Part shown: positions 50,422 to 59,878 of the stretch, one piece after another
Layout: each line of letters opens with the position of its first letter
How positions within the stretch are numbered: position 1 is the first letter of the stretch
Assembly: GCA_963750165.1 (NCBI GenBank)
Contig: CAVVPN010000003.1
Coordinates: forward strand, 1,184,001-1,248,000
Source of the DNA: an uncultured Gemmataceae bacterium
GTDB taxonomy: Bacteria; Planctomycetota; Planctomycetia; Gemmatales; Gemmataceae
DNA: 64,000 nucleotides
Direction of reading: 5' to 3'
Position numbers and translations under genes: made by a program
The notes under the pieces: model-generated
What the model was told of the DNA's origin: nothing
The model's database searches: none
The model's input: the letters and a program-made list of their open reading frames with translations, nothing else

Positions 50422-50928
50422 ATGAAACTCTGCATCGCACTGAGTACGCTGTTCGGCGTGGTCGCGCTGACCACCGTGGAGGCCCAGCTCCCCAAGAAGG
50501 AAGAAATTCCCAGGTTCATCGGCCAGTTGAAGAACTCGAAAAGCGCCCAGGAGCGCGTCGCCGCCGCCGAAGCCATTGGTCGCCGCGGCGCCGTCATCGT
50601 CACCGACGTGAAGGATGCCATTGGGCCGCTGGCCAACGCGGTCAAGGTCGATGGCGACGCCCAGGTGCGCGCCGCCGCGGCCAGGGCACTGGGCGAGATC
50701 GGCAGCGAACCCACGATCACGGTGCCAGCGCTGACCGAGGCGCTCAAGGACAAGACGGTCGTGGTCAAGATGGCGGCCATCAACGCCCTGGGCCAGATCG
50801 GCAAGGACGCCAGCCCCGCCATGCCGCAGCTGCGTAAGATCGCCCAGGAAAAGAAGGAAAAGAAACTCTCGCAGGCGGCCAACGCGGCGCTGAAGGCGAT
50901 CAGCGGCAAGAAGAAAAAGAAGGGTTAA
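50422..50928 (+). CDS. Secreted HEAT-repeat protein
   Basis: Signal peptide; VRAAAARALGEIG. Confidence 0.85.
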   Translation: MKLCIALSTLFGVVALTTVEAQLPKKEEIPRFIGQLKNSKSAQERVAAAEAIGRRGAVIVTDVKDAIGPLANAVKVDGDAQVRAAAARALGEIGSEPTITVPALTEALKDKTVVVKMAAINALGQIGKDASPAMPQLRKIAQEKKEKKLSQAANAALKAISGKKKKKG

Positions 50929-50972
50929 CGCCTGGGCCAGGATCGTATGCTGTAAGGAGGAGGACATCTTTC

Positions 50973-51075
50973 ATTGCAGATTGCGACTGGGTGTAGCGGA
51001 AGTCGCCAGACTTCCGAGCAGCACCGGACGGAAGTCTGGCGACTTCCGCTACACCCAACTGCGAACCGCTCTAGC
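50973..51075 (-). mobile_element. MITE-like/REP element, inverted copy of 30780-30882
   Basis: Near-identical reverse complement, including the asymmetric flanks. Confidence 0.85.
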
Positions 51076-51378
51076 TTTTCGACAATCCAAGGTTCTGTTG
51101 GCCGTGGTACTCGGAAGCGGAAATGAATGCGAGGTTGAAGGCCCTCGCGGTCTCCGGGCCCAGCCACAGACATCGCCTGAAGGTTTCCTTGAGTGCCAGA
51201 CGATTGCAGAGGAGACCTTCGGTGGCGCTGTGCCTGGACCTGGCGGTTCGACCCGCCCATCAACTCCGACTACGCCCAGCAAATCGCGGCGTTCCTGGCC
51301 GCGCGCGGGCGTGAGAACGCGGGCGTCCCACCGCAGGAATTGCACTTTGCAGTGGGCAGCAATTAACACGGAGGACTC

Positions 51379-51648
51379 ATGGCCGAAATGACCATCCGCC
51401 TGATCTGCAACCCGGCGACCGGCAAGAAGGACATCATCATCAAGCTGCGCTCCGACGAGGACGCGCTGCCGCACGAGCACGAGCAGCAGCACCGCGCCCT
51501 GGTCGAGAAACTCATCCACGGCGGCGTCGTGGCGGCCAGCGAGGTCGGGCACATCGTCGTCGAGCGTGAGCAACCCGAGGCGGCGCCGGCCGCGGCCGCC
51601 AAAACTCCGCCGCAGGATCAACGCGCCGCCGTCGCCGAGGGAAATTGA
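51379..51648 (+). CDS. Small protein, resembling FtsH-ternary-system X3-like components (from memory)
   Basis: GGAGG RBS; TIRL..NPATGKKDI...DALPHEHEQQH. Confidence 0.7.
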   Translation: MAEMTIRLICNPATGKKDIIIKLRSDEDALPHEHEQQHRALVEKLIHGGVVAASEVGHIVVEREQPEAAPAAAAKTPPQDQRAAVAEGN

Positions 51649-51655
51649 GCCCATC

Positions 51656-54600
51656 ATGGTCCTGTACTTCCCCGACAGCGACACCCTGCGCCTGGCCCTG
51701 ACCAGCGGCGCCGTGCCCGCGGCCGTCAGCGCCGCGGCCGTGCGCGCCGGCTTCGACCCCCAGGGCCCCTGCTGGGTCGAGCCGTCCGTCGGCCTGGCCC
51801 GCGCCGCCCTGCGCGAGCTGTCTCGCCTTGGCGTCAACGTCGTCCGCGGCCAGGAAAAGAAGCTCACCGACGCCCTCACCTGCTGGCGCAGTTGCTGCCG
51901 CTGCAGCGCCTGGCGGCGCCGCCGGCCCCGTCCGCCCAGACGCCCGTGCTGTTCGAGCTGGCCGACGCCGCGCAACTGCCGGCCATCGCCGGCGAAATCC
52001 TCCGCCTGGGCAACGACCGCCAGGGCTTCCGCGCCCTCGCTGGCGACGACGACCGCCGCGCCTTGCTGCGCGTCGTCGGACCGCCGTACTACTCGCTACT
52101 GCGCGCCCTCGACCGCGCCGGAGATGGCGGCGCGCCCGTCGCCTACCTCGAAGCGGCGCCGCGCCTCTGGGTCCAGGTTGGTCACACGCACCCGCTGCTC
52201 GGCCACCTGCAGGCGCCACCCGGTAAGCTCGTTCTGCTGCGGCCGCCGCGGCACTGGCTGTTCCTTGATGAGGCGCCCTTCGGCGACATTTACGATATTG
52301 TGGAGTTTAGCTTGCCAAAGGCGCCCGTCCGGCTGCGCGAGGCGGCGCTGGAACAGCGGTTGGGGGTGCCGCTCCGCCTGGTCCCCGGCGGCGCCAACGA
52401 CGTGGTGGAACTGTGGGTATTGCGCGAGCGCGGCCTGGAACAGATTGACGAACTGGTGCGCCAGGCGGACGACCTGTTGTTGCCGCGGCTGTCGTTCGCG
52501 GTCGGCGAGCACGGTGGCCAGCGCATCTTCGTGCTGCGGGCGCGGAAGTCGAAACAACTGCCGCCTGTGGTCGTGCTGCCGGACGCGCTGGGATTCCGGC
52601 CGTACCTGCACCTGCCCAACCTGTTCCTGCCGTGCGGCACGCGGCTGCAGCCGCTGCGCCGCGACGCCATCCGCAAACTGCTCGCGGCGGACCTGGAGCA
52701 AACCACCTGGCTGTACCCGGACGGCCAGGGCGGCTTCACGCCGGAGAGCCTGCCCGACCACGCCTTCCGGCCGCTGGCCGACTGGATCGATTACGTCCTC
52801 GACCATGACCGCGCCGCGCTACAGACGTGGGTGGAAGCGACGCAGTTCAACTTCGACGGCTTCATCTGCCGCGACGAACAGGAGCCGGGCGAGAAGCAAA
52901 AAAAGGCCGCGCGCGACAAACGGCCCGAGTCCCGCAAGGGCGACGGCAGAACCGCGACCCCGGGAACGACGTTCCAGGCCCCAGCCCCGACCGAACAGCC
53001 CGCCGCCCCGCTCGCGCCACTGGAGCGCCAGCGCGTGGAGCCGAGCCAGCTGCAGCGCGAACTGAAGGCACTGGAGCAGCAATTCCAGGCCTGCGCTGGC
53101 CCCGTCGATGCTCCGGAGCGGCAGGCGCTGTGGCCGCGGTTGGCGGAACTCAACAGTGCCCTTGGCGAGCAGGACGCCATGATCTGCTGGGCCAACGCCC
53201 TGTGGAACGGTGGCGCTGATGTCGTCGAGCACGCCCGCCACTGGGCGGCTCATGAAACCCGCGATGGCGGTGGGATGCTGTCACCCCAGGAACTGGGGCG
53301 CATCCTCAGCGCGACTGACGTGACGCCGCCGGACGTGCGTCGCGTGGCCGCCGCGGTCATCGCTGCGGAAGGCCAGCCCGGGCCGCTGCCTCAGCGGCTG
53401 GCGGAGGTACAGGCGTTTCTCCAGCGGCAAGAACACCTGTTGCCGGTGCGCGTCGTCTGGCTGGCGGCGCTGGCGCTGTACCGGCTGTCCGGCGGCGACG
53501 TGCTGGCGCTGACGCGCTGCCGCGACCGCCTGCTGGAGCGGCTGTACAAGACCGGCCTGGCGACCGACCTGGACTTGCCGCGTTTCCTGCGCTTCTCGGC
53601 GGTGCGCGGCGACCGTCTGCGCCTTCCGCGACTGGCTGGTGAAGCTGCCGGCGCTGGTCGAACACTGGCTCACCGCGGTTGATCGCGGCGAGGCTGACCC
53701 GAAGAACACCAACGCCTACGCCCAACTGATCCTGGCCTTCGCGATGGCGCGGCTGGGCGACGAGCGGGAGAGCCAGCGATTGCAGAACCTGGCCCGCGCC
53801 CGCCTCCGGCAGCCGGACCTGGAACAGCCCGAGGTCCACGCGGCACTGCTGGACGCCTTCGAGTTTCGCATCGGCCAGCTGATGCAGCAGCAGTCGGCGG
53901 CCGGCCCGTTGCCCGCCGACTGGCTGGCGCGGGTCGAGCACATGGACCACACGACGCGCTACAAGGTGGACAAACTGAGGCAATACTCGCGCGTCCTGGA
54001 GCCGCACGTCAAGATCGACCCCTATCGGCGCTTCCAGGTGCGCTACGATGGCGACCTCGACCGGGCCCTGGTCCGCCTGCAGGACGTGGCGGACCGCCAG
54101 CAGTTGCACAACGAACTGCGGGCGCTGCGCGCACAGGTCGGCCGCACGACCGCCGAGGACAAGGAACGTTGGGGGCGGGTGCTGGCCGCCAGCCTGGTGC
54201 TGGCGCCGCGCGTCGGCGAAGCGCTGGCCGAGGAGTTGCTCGCCGAGGTAACGCCCGCCTGCGACCTGCTCGCGAACCTGTGGCGGTCGAAGAAGAAGAA
54301 CGCGGCGGCGGACGAGGTGCCTGCCTTCCTGGAGCAGGCCAACCTGCTGGAAAAGGGCCTGTTCCTGGCGGCCCACTTCGACCGTCCGGCGCGGGTCCAG
54401 GAGTTCGTCAGCCGCTTCCGCCGACTGCTCCAGACCCAGCAGGGGCCGGCCACCCTCAAGGTGCTCAACACCGTGGCCGACCAGTCGTTCCGCGGCCTGC
54501 GCAAGCTGGGGTTGCGCGACGAGATCGACCAGGTGCTGCGTGAGATGGCAGACCTGGTGCTGCGGGGCCGCGACATGACCGTGCTGCGCGACGACAAGGA

Positions 54601-55026
54601 CTGGCCGGCGATGCTCACCACGTTGCTACGCGTGGCGGACGGCTGGTTTTACTTCGGCAAGGAGGCGGAGGCCAACGCGGTCATTGAGGAGGCACGGCGG
54701 CTACTCTACGGCGGGAATCTGGAGCGGCAGCTGCAGCAACAGCTGGCGCTGGCCTATGCGATGACGCTGGCCCAGGCGCCCGTGGAACAGGCCCTGCACG
54801 GCATCGAGGAACTGTTCGGCAAACTCAAGCGGGCACACGATGTCTTCTTCACGAAGTCGCATTACGGCGTGATGCAACTGGCCCTGATCGAGTCCGTGGT
54901 GCTGGCGGTGGTCAGCGAGGACTTCGCCGTCGGGCGCAGGCGCGGCGCTGGCTGGACGACGAGGAATATCTGATCCGCCGGCGCGTCCACGAGGACGTCG
55001 GCGCGGCGCACCGCGCCACGGGATGA
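51656..55026 (+). CDS. Large (~1120 aa) protein, possibly FtsH-ternary-system X7-like (frameshifts near 51885, 53621, 54934)
   Basis: Continuous coding signal across ORFs 51656, 51892 and 53639 and a tail ARRWLDDEEYLIRRRVH...* at 55026. Confidence 0.7.
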
Positions 55027-55058
55027 GTGGCGTTCGCGGGCGCGGTTCCCATCCGACC

Positions 55059-55102
55059 CCGTTTACGTTTCGCGGGCTGAAGGTCGCGCGAAACGTAAAC
55101 GG
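55059..55102. repeat. REP-like palindrome, family D
   Basis: CCGTTTACGTTTCGCG...CGCGAAACGTAAACGG. Confidence 0.85.
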
Positions 55103-55115
55103 AGCAGGCTTGTCG

Positions 55116-55523
55116 TTAATGTTGACAGGTCTGGCAATTTGCCCCGCAGCAGGGCGCCAGCCAGTTGGGGCCCATGAAGGCGGACGGTGGCAGGAAGTAG
55201 TAATAATTCGGCACCGTGCAATAGCAGGAGCAGGTGTGCCTGCAGGCGCACGGCGGCAACGGCAGCGGTCGATAGCACAGCCAGTTGAAGAAGTGCTCCA
55301 CACAGTTGCCGTGGCGGTTCGGCCAGCAGCCGTCCGTTCCGCAGCTGGCGCAGCCGTTGCAGCCGCCGTTGGGCACAGTCGCGCCGGCCGGCACGACGTT
55401 GGCCGGCGGCAGCCCGCCATTGGGGACGATTTGCGGCGGCGGGGCCTCGGCCACCTGGGCGCGGGCGACGCCGGTCACGCCGAGCAGCACTACGAGCATC
55501 ACGGGGAGAATGCGGGTCTTCAT
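55116..55523 (-). CDS. Small secreted Cys/Pro-rich protein
   Basis: Signal peptide ending VARA-Q; many CxxC/CxC motifs. Confidence 0.75.
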   Translation of the reverse strand: MKTRILPVMLVVLLGVTGVARAQVAEAPPPQIVPNGGLPPANVVPAGATVPNGGCNGCASCGTDGCWPNRHGNCVEHFFNWLCYRPLPLPPCACRHTCSCYCTVPNYYYFLPPSAFMGPNWLAPCCGANCQTCQH

Positions 55524-55702
55524 GGCCTTCCTTGGCTCAGGGGACACGGCCGCGCCCGGACTCCGCCCACCAGAATACCGGCGCAACCCTCACCCCTATC
55601 TTTCGGCGTTTGGCAAGCGGCAAGCCAATCGAAGGGGCCGCCCCGGTGCCGTGAAAACCGCGCCGCCCGTTGCGACCGATACCAGGCGCAGGATTACGCG
55701 GC

Positions 55703-56011
55703 TTACCTCGATAGGGCTTTCAGCTCCTCCGCCTCCAACTTGAGCAATGCCGCGGTGTTTTCGACACACTCCGGGTCGCGCCGCCGCCAGTCGGCGACGA
55801 AGCGGGCCGCCTCGGGCCGCGGGTTGTGGAGGTAGCCAAAGACAATGGCCTCACTGGCGGCGGCGTCCTCGGTCAGTGTGGGCTTGCGGTCCATCCGGAA
55901 GTTACCGCACTTCCCCTGTGCGGAGAGTCGGCACGAGGTTCCCGAGGGCCCGGCCAGGCCGATGGCGAGGACGGCGACGACGGCCAGGATGGCGACACGA
56001 AGGGCACGCAT
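55703..56011 (-). CDS. Small hypothetical exported protein
   Basis: GGAGGT RBS, hydrophobic N-terminus. Confidence 0.55.
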   Translation of the reverse strand: MRALRVAILAVVAVLAIGLAGPSGTSCRLSAQGKCGNFRMDRKPTLTEDAAASEAIVFGYLHNPRPEAARFVADWRRRDPECVENTAALLKLEAEELKALSR

Positions 56012-56065
56012 ACGGACCTCCCGGTTGGCAAGAACGTCCGATCCCGCGGATCACTCCGGAGCGAA

Positions 56066-56548
56066 CTACAGCAGCACTGGCGAACTCAAGTGCAGGAGCA
56101 GGCCGGGCACCCCCGGGTGCAGCAACCGGCCGCCGCCCAGCGGCAGGACGTTTACGGGGGCGCGCGTCGCCTCGTCGTGTTCCGGCTTGACCTGGCGCGA
56201 CGGCGGCGTCGGGGCTGTGCGCGGCTCCCCTGGCAGCGCCGCGCCGGGTGGTGCGGTTTTTCGGGGGATCGGCGGTGTCTCACACGGGCAGCGGTTCGCG
56301 GTACCGGCGCTGCCTTCCCGGGCCTCGGAACAGGCACAGGTGGCGTCCGTCCGGAAGCGGGTCGGCGACCAGCCGCCCACGGCCACGGCGAAAACGCCGG
56401 TGGCGACCAGCAGCAGCCCAAGGCCGCTGGCGGTCCACCTGGCCGCCCGCACGGTGCGACACCGACGGCAGTACACGCGGAGGCCGAGCCGGCCGCCAGG
56501 AATCGGCGTTTCCGTGCCACACCGCGGACAGGAGAGCAGGGTCGCCAT
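56066..56548 (-). CDS. Zinc-ribbon/TM hypothetical protein
   Basis: CPRC...CRRC then one TM; C-terminal frame uncertain. Confidence 0.45.
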   Translation of the reverse strand: MATLLSCPRCGTETPIPGGRLGLRVYCRRCRTVRAARWTASGLGLLLVATGVFAVAVGGWSPTRFRTDATCACSEAREGSAGTANRCPCETPPIPRKTAPPGAALPGEPRTAPTPPSRQVKPEHDEATRAPVNVLPLGGGRLLHPGVPGLLLHLSSPVLL

Positions 56549-56645
56549 GACTGGGAACCTCTGGACAGTGGGCCAGGCGGCCCGATCAGGTTCACGACAT
56601 TTGCTATATCCTACGCTAACGGCTGGTTGGTGCAACCGCAACCAG

Positions 56646-56701
56646 GGAGCCCGAGCGCCAGCGCGGGACCAGCGCTGGCCCCGCGCTGGCGCTCGGGCTC
56701 C
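56646..56701. repeat. REP-like palindrome, family A
   Basis: Copy of 1097-1149. Confidence 0.85.
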
Positions 56702-56780
56702 GAGCAGGCGCTCGCGGCGGCTTTCGTGGTTGACACCCGCCGCCCCCGCCTGCCACACTCAAAGAGGTGGGTCCGTCGAT

Positions 56781-56797
56781 TTGGCACAGGGGATGCG
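56781..56797 (+). promoter_or_regulatory. Putative sigma54 promoter
   Basis: TTGGCACAGGGGATGC, GG-N10-GC, about 46 nt before ATG 56843. Confidence 0.5.
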
Positions 56798-56842
56798 TTG
56801 ACGAACGTGGAGGTTGATTCCGTTACCACTGTGAGGTGGCTC

Positions 56843-58429
56843 ATGTCCCGCTTATTCGCGCTGCCATTCATTGCGACCGTGGCCCTGTTGCTCGACGCCG
56901 GCCTCGCCTGCGCCCAGCCCACCAACACCACGGAGGTCACCAGTCTGACGTTCACACCGGACGGCAAGAGCGTCCTGGCCACCAGCCTCGACGGTACGCT
57001 GCGTCGCTGGGGCCCCAGCGACGGCAAGGAAAAACAGCGCGTGACCGCCCACAAGGGCGGCGTCTACGGCGGCGCCCTGTCCGCGGACGGCAAGCGCTTC
57101 GCCACCGCTGGCGGCGATGGCAGCGCCCGTCTCTGGGATGCCGTCACGCTCAAGGAACTCCGCGCCTTCCAGGGCCACCGCGGCGAGGTCGTGGCGGTCG
57201 CGCTGACGCCGGACGGCAAGATGCTGGCCACCGGCGGCGCCGACAAGACCATCCGCCTGTGGGACGCGGACACCGGCAAGGCGCTCCGGCAGTTCCACGG
57301 CCATGAGGTCCGCGTCACCGGCCTGGCGTTCGCGCCGGACGGACGACTACTGCTCTCGGGGGGCGTTGGCAACGTGGTCATCCCGGGCTTCTTCATCAAC
57401 GCCCAGCACGCCGACCAGGCGGCCCTGTGGGACACGGCCACGGGCAAGCCGGTGCGCCAGCTAACGCAACGCGGCACTCAGGTGGCATTCGCGCCCGATG
57501 GCCGGCGGCTGGCGGTCGGCGGCGTGGTGATCGTCGGCAACCCGGTCGGCCAGGGCGTGAGCATCAGCGGCGGCGCCCGCGTGCAGGTTGGCCCGGTGAA
57601 CGACGGCCGGGGCTGGCAGAGCATCGAAGGCCAGGGCGGCGGCTTCGCCTTCAGCGCCGACGGCCGCTGGCTGGCCACCACCTGGGGCAGCCGGCAGCAC
57701 CTGGGCCGCGCCCTCTTCGAGAACCGCACCCGACACCGCCGCGTGGCGTTGTGGGAACTGGCGACTGGCAAGGAGGTCTTGCAGGTGAACGAGGACGGCG
57801 CCACCGCGGTGGCTCTGTCGCCGGACGGTAAGCGGCTGGCGGCGGGCCGGCTGTTCGGCGGCGTGGTCTTCTTCGACACGAAGCCGGCCGGCTGGACCGC
57901 CGACGCGGCCGCCAAACTGACGCCGGCGGATCTGGAGAAGTGCTGGCAGGATCTGGCCGCCGACGCCAACGCCCAGACGCCGCACCAACTTCTGTGGACG
58001 CTCAGCGCCGCTGGCGGCAAGACGGTCAAGGCGCTGCAGGACCGGTTGCAGCCGGTCAAGCCGGGCGGCCCGGAGGCGGCCCGGTTGATCGCCGACCTGG
58101 ACAGCAAGACCTTCAAGGCGCGCGAACATGCGTTCAAGGAGTTGAAGAAACTGGGGGCGCGCGTCGAGCCGGAGTTGCGGCAGGCGCTGCAAAAGCAGCC
58201 GTCCGGCGAGGCCCGGCGGCGTTTGGAACAGCTGCTGGCGGCCGTGGAGCAGCACCCCGCGACGCCGGACGAACTGCGCCAGCTGCGGGCGCTCGCCGTG
58301 CTGGAGTGGATCGGCGACGCCGAGGCGCAGGCGCTGCTGACGCGCCTGGCAGGCGGCGCGCCGGGGGCCTGGCTGACGACCCAGGCTCAGGACTGTCTGC
58401 AGCGGCTGCGCCGGGCGTCGAAGTCGTGA
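56843..58429 (+). CDS. Secreted WD40-repeat protein with helical C-terminus
   Basis: Repeated GH..V..AF.PDGK.LA.GG.D..IRLWD units. Confidence 0.9.
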   Translation: MSRLFALPFIATVALLLDAGLACAQPTNTTEVTSLTFTPDGKSVLATSLDGTLRRWGPSDGKEKQRVTAHKGGVYGGALSADGKRFATAGGDGSARLWDAVTLKELRAFQGHRGEVVAVALTPDGKMLATGGADKTIRLWDADTGKALRQFHGHEVRVTGLAFAPDGRLLLSGGVGNVVIPGFFINAQHADQAALWDTATGKPVRQLTQRGTQVAFAPDGRRLAVGGVVIVGNPVGQGVSISGGARVQVGPVNDGRGWQSIEGQGGGFAFSADGRWLATTWGSRQHLGRALFENRTRHRRVALWELATGKEVLQVNEDGATAVALSPDGKRLAAGRLFGGVVFFDTKPAGWTADAAAKLTPADLEKCWQDLAADANAQTPHQLLWTLSAAGGKTVKALQDRLQPVKPGGPEAARLIADLDSKTFKAREHAFKELKKLGARVEPELRQALQKQPSGEARRRLEQLLAAVEQHPATPDELRQLRALAVLEWIGDAEAQALLTRLAGGAPGAWLTTQAQDCLQRLRRASKS

Positions 58430-58595
58430 GGTCCGATGAAGGGGAACAGAGTCCTCATGGCGCTCTGCGGCACCCGAAGCCCATGAAAATGGGGGCGAGT
58501 CGGGCTCGACTACCGGGGGCTCTCCGGTGCGACTTGAGGCCGCTTTCTGCATGGTGCCATGAGCCCGCTCCAGAGTCTGGCCCACGACCTCGTCT

Positions 58596-58776
58596 CGAAC
58601 CCGAACTGGTCGCCCCCGCACCCGCGGGGAGCACGCAGGGCAGCTGGTTCTACCCTTTGAGGTCTGTCGCGCCGCGGCCCCTGATGTCTTGTCCGCCCTC
58701 GGTCGCTCCGCGTACCCACGTGCCCGTTGGGGAGGGGGAGTTTGTGTCCCTCCCTAGAATTCATTTTCAGGGCAGC
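58596..58776. repeat. 181-bp direct repeat, copy 1 (contains a CRISPR-I-E-like 29-mer at 58606-58634)
   Basis: One mismatch against 59498-59678. Confidence 0.95.
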
Positions 58777-58784
58777 AGCAGAAA

Positions 58785-59312
58785 TCAGACTGCCCGCCAC
58801 TGCTCCGCGGTCAGCCGATAGAAGACGTGCGGCAAGTTCGCATAGGTGCCGTCGCGCTCGTAGCGGAAGCCGGCCTTCTCCATGACGCGCTGCGAAGCGC
58901 GGTTGGTCAGCAGCGTGAAACACACCAGGTCGGGCAGGTGCAACTCCTCGAACGCGGCGCGAATGCTCTCCTTCGCCAGCTCGGTCGCCAGACCGTGGCC
59001 CCAGAACTCCGGCAGCAGCGCGTAACCGACCTCCACCTCGGATTTGCCGTCGAGCGTGAGCCGCCGCAGACCGCCGCGGCCGACGAACGCTCCGGTGTCG
59101 CGGTCGCGCATGATCCACAGACCGAAGCCGTCCTGCTCCCAGTTCCGCAGCAGCAACGCGAACCGCTCCAGCATGACGGCTTCGGGTTTCATGCCGCCGA
59201 GCGTCGCCATGACCTGCGAGTCGCTGTACATGCGCAGGATGTCGTCGCGGTCGGCCGCGGTCGGCCGAACCAGCAGCAGGCGTTCCGTCTGGCGGTCGGC
59301 AAGCGGCGGCAT
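58785..59312 (-). CDS. GNAT N-acetyltransferase, RimJ/RimL family
   Basis: TERLLL, EVGYALLPEFWGHGLATE, NRASQRVMEKAGF. Confidence 0.93.
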   Translation of the reverse strand: MPPLADRQTERLLLVRPTAADRDDILRMYSDSQVMATLGGMKPEAVMLERFALLLRNWEQDGFGLWIMRDRDTGAFVGRGGLRRLTLDGKSEVEVGYALLPEFWGHGLATELAKESIRAAFEELHLPDLVCFTLLTNRASQRVMEKAGFRYERDGTYANLPHVFYRLTAEQWRAV

Positions 59313-59374
59313 GGCGAATCTCCTTCGGACCGTGACCGCCGCTCCCCGACAAGGGAATCCCCGCAGCGGACGCA

Positions 59375-59497
59375 GCACGCCCAAAACGATCTTGCAAACA
59401 GCCCCGCTCGGGGCTTTCAGCAAAAGGGTGCGGGGGCACCTTGTAGACCCCGCGCACCTCTTCGGCGTCGATCTCCACCCGCTTCACCAGCACCCGG
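59375..59497 (-). pseudogene. C-terminal fragment resembling a large serine recombinase
   Basis: LVKRVEIDAEEVRGVYKVPPHPF resembles the terminal motif of large serine recombinases; truncated by repeat copy 2. Confidence 0.45.
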
Positions 59498-59678
59498 CGA
59501 ACCCGAACTGGTCGCCCCCGCACCCGCGGGGAGCACGCAGGGCAGCTGGTTCTACCCTTTGAGGTCTGTCGCGCCGGGGCCCCTGATGTCTTGTCCGCCC
59601 TCGGTCGCTCCGCGTACCCACGTGCCCGTTGGGGAGGGGGAGTTTGTGTCCCTCCCTAGAATTCATTTTCAGGGCAGC
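59498..59678. repeat. 181-bp direct repeat, copy 2 (29-mer at 59508-59536)
   Basis: See copy 1. Confidence 0.95.
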
Positions 59679-59878
59679 GTCCAGCTTTCAAGTGCTGGTA
59701 ATTAAGGAGTTACGGCAAAGCCGGACGATCTGTGAAGGCGGAACCACGAACGAAGATGCGTTCCAATTCATTCGGATGGATGTTCGATCTCGACGATGAA
59801 CGCTTCAAGCGGTGCTTGCGAAAGTCAAACACCCTGGTCGGGCGCAAGGTTGCGCCCAACCGGGGTGCCAGATCGCTG

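Noticed and set aside
55826..56842. N-terminal extension of the WD40 ORF (867 aa in the track)
   Set aside because: Overlaps opposite-strand genes and a REP; signal peptide and RBS fit a start at 56843
58606..59536. CRISPR array
   Set aside because: Only two repeat-like 29-mers, 902 bp apart inside a larger duplication; no repeat-spacer periodicity and no cas genes
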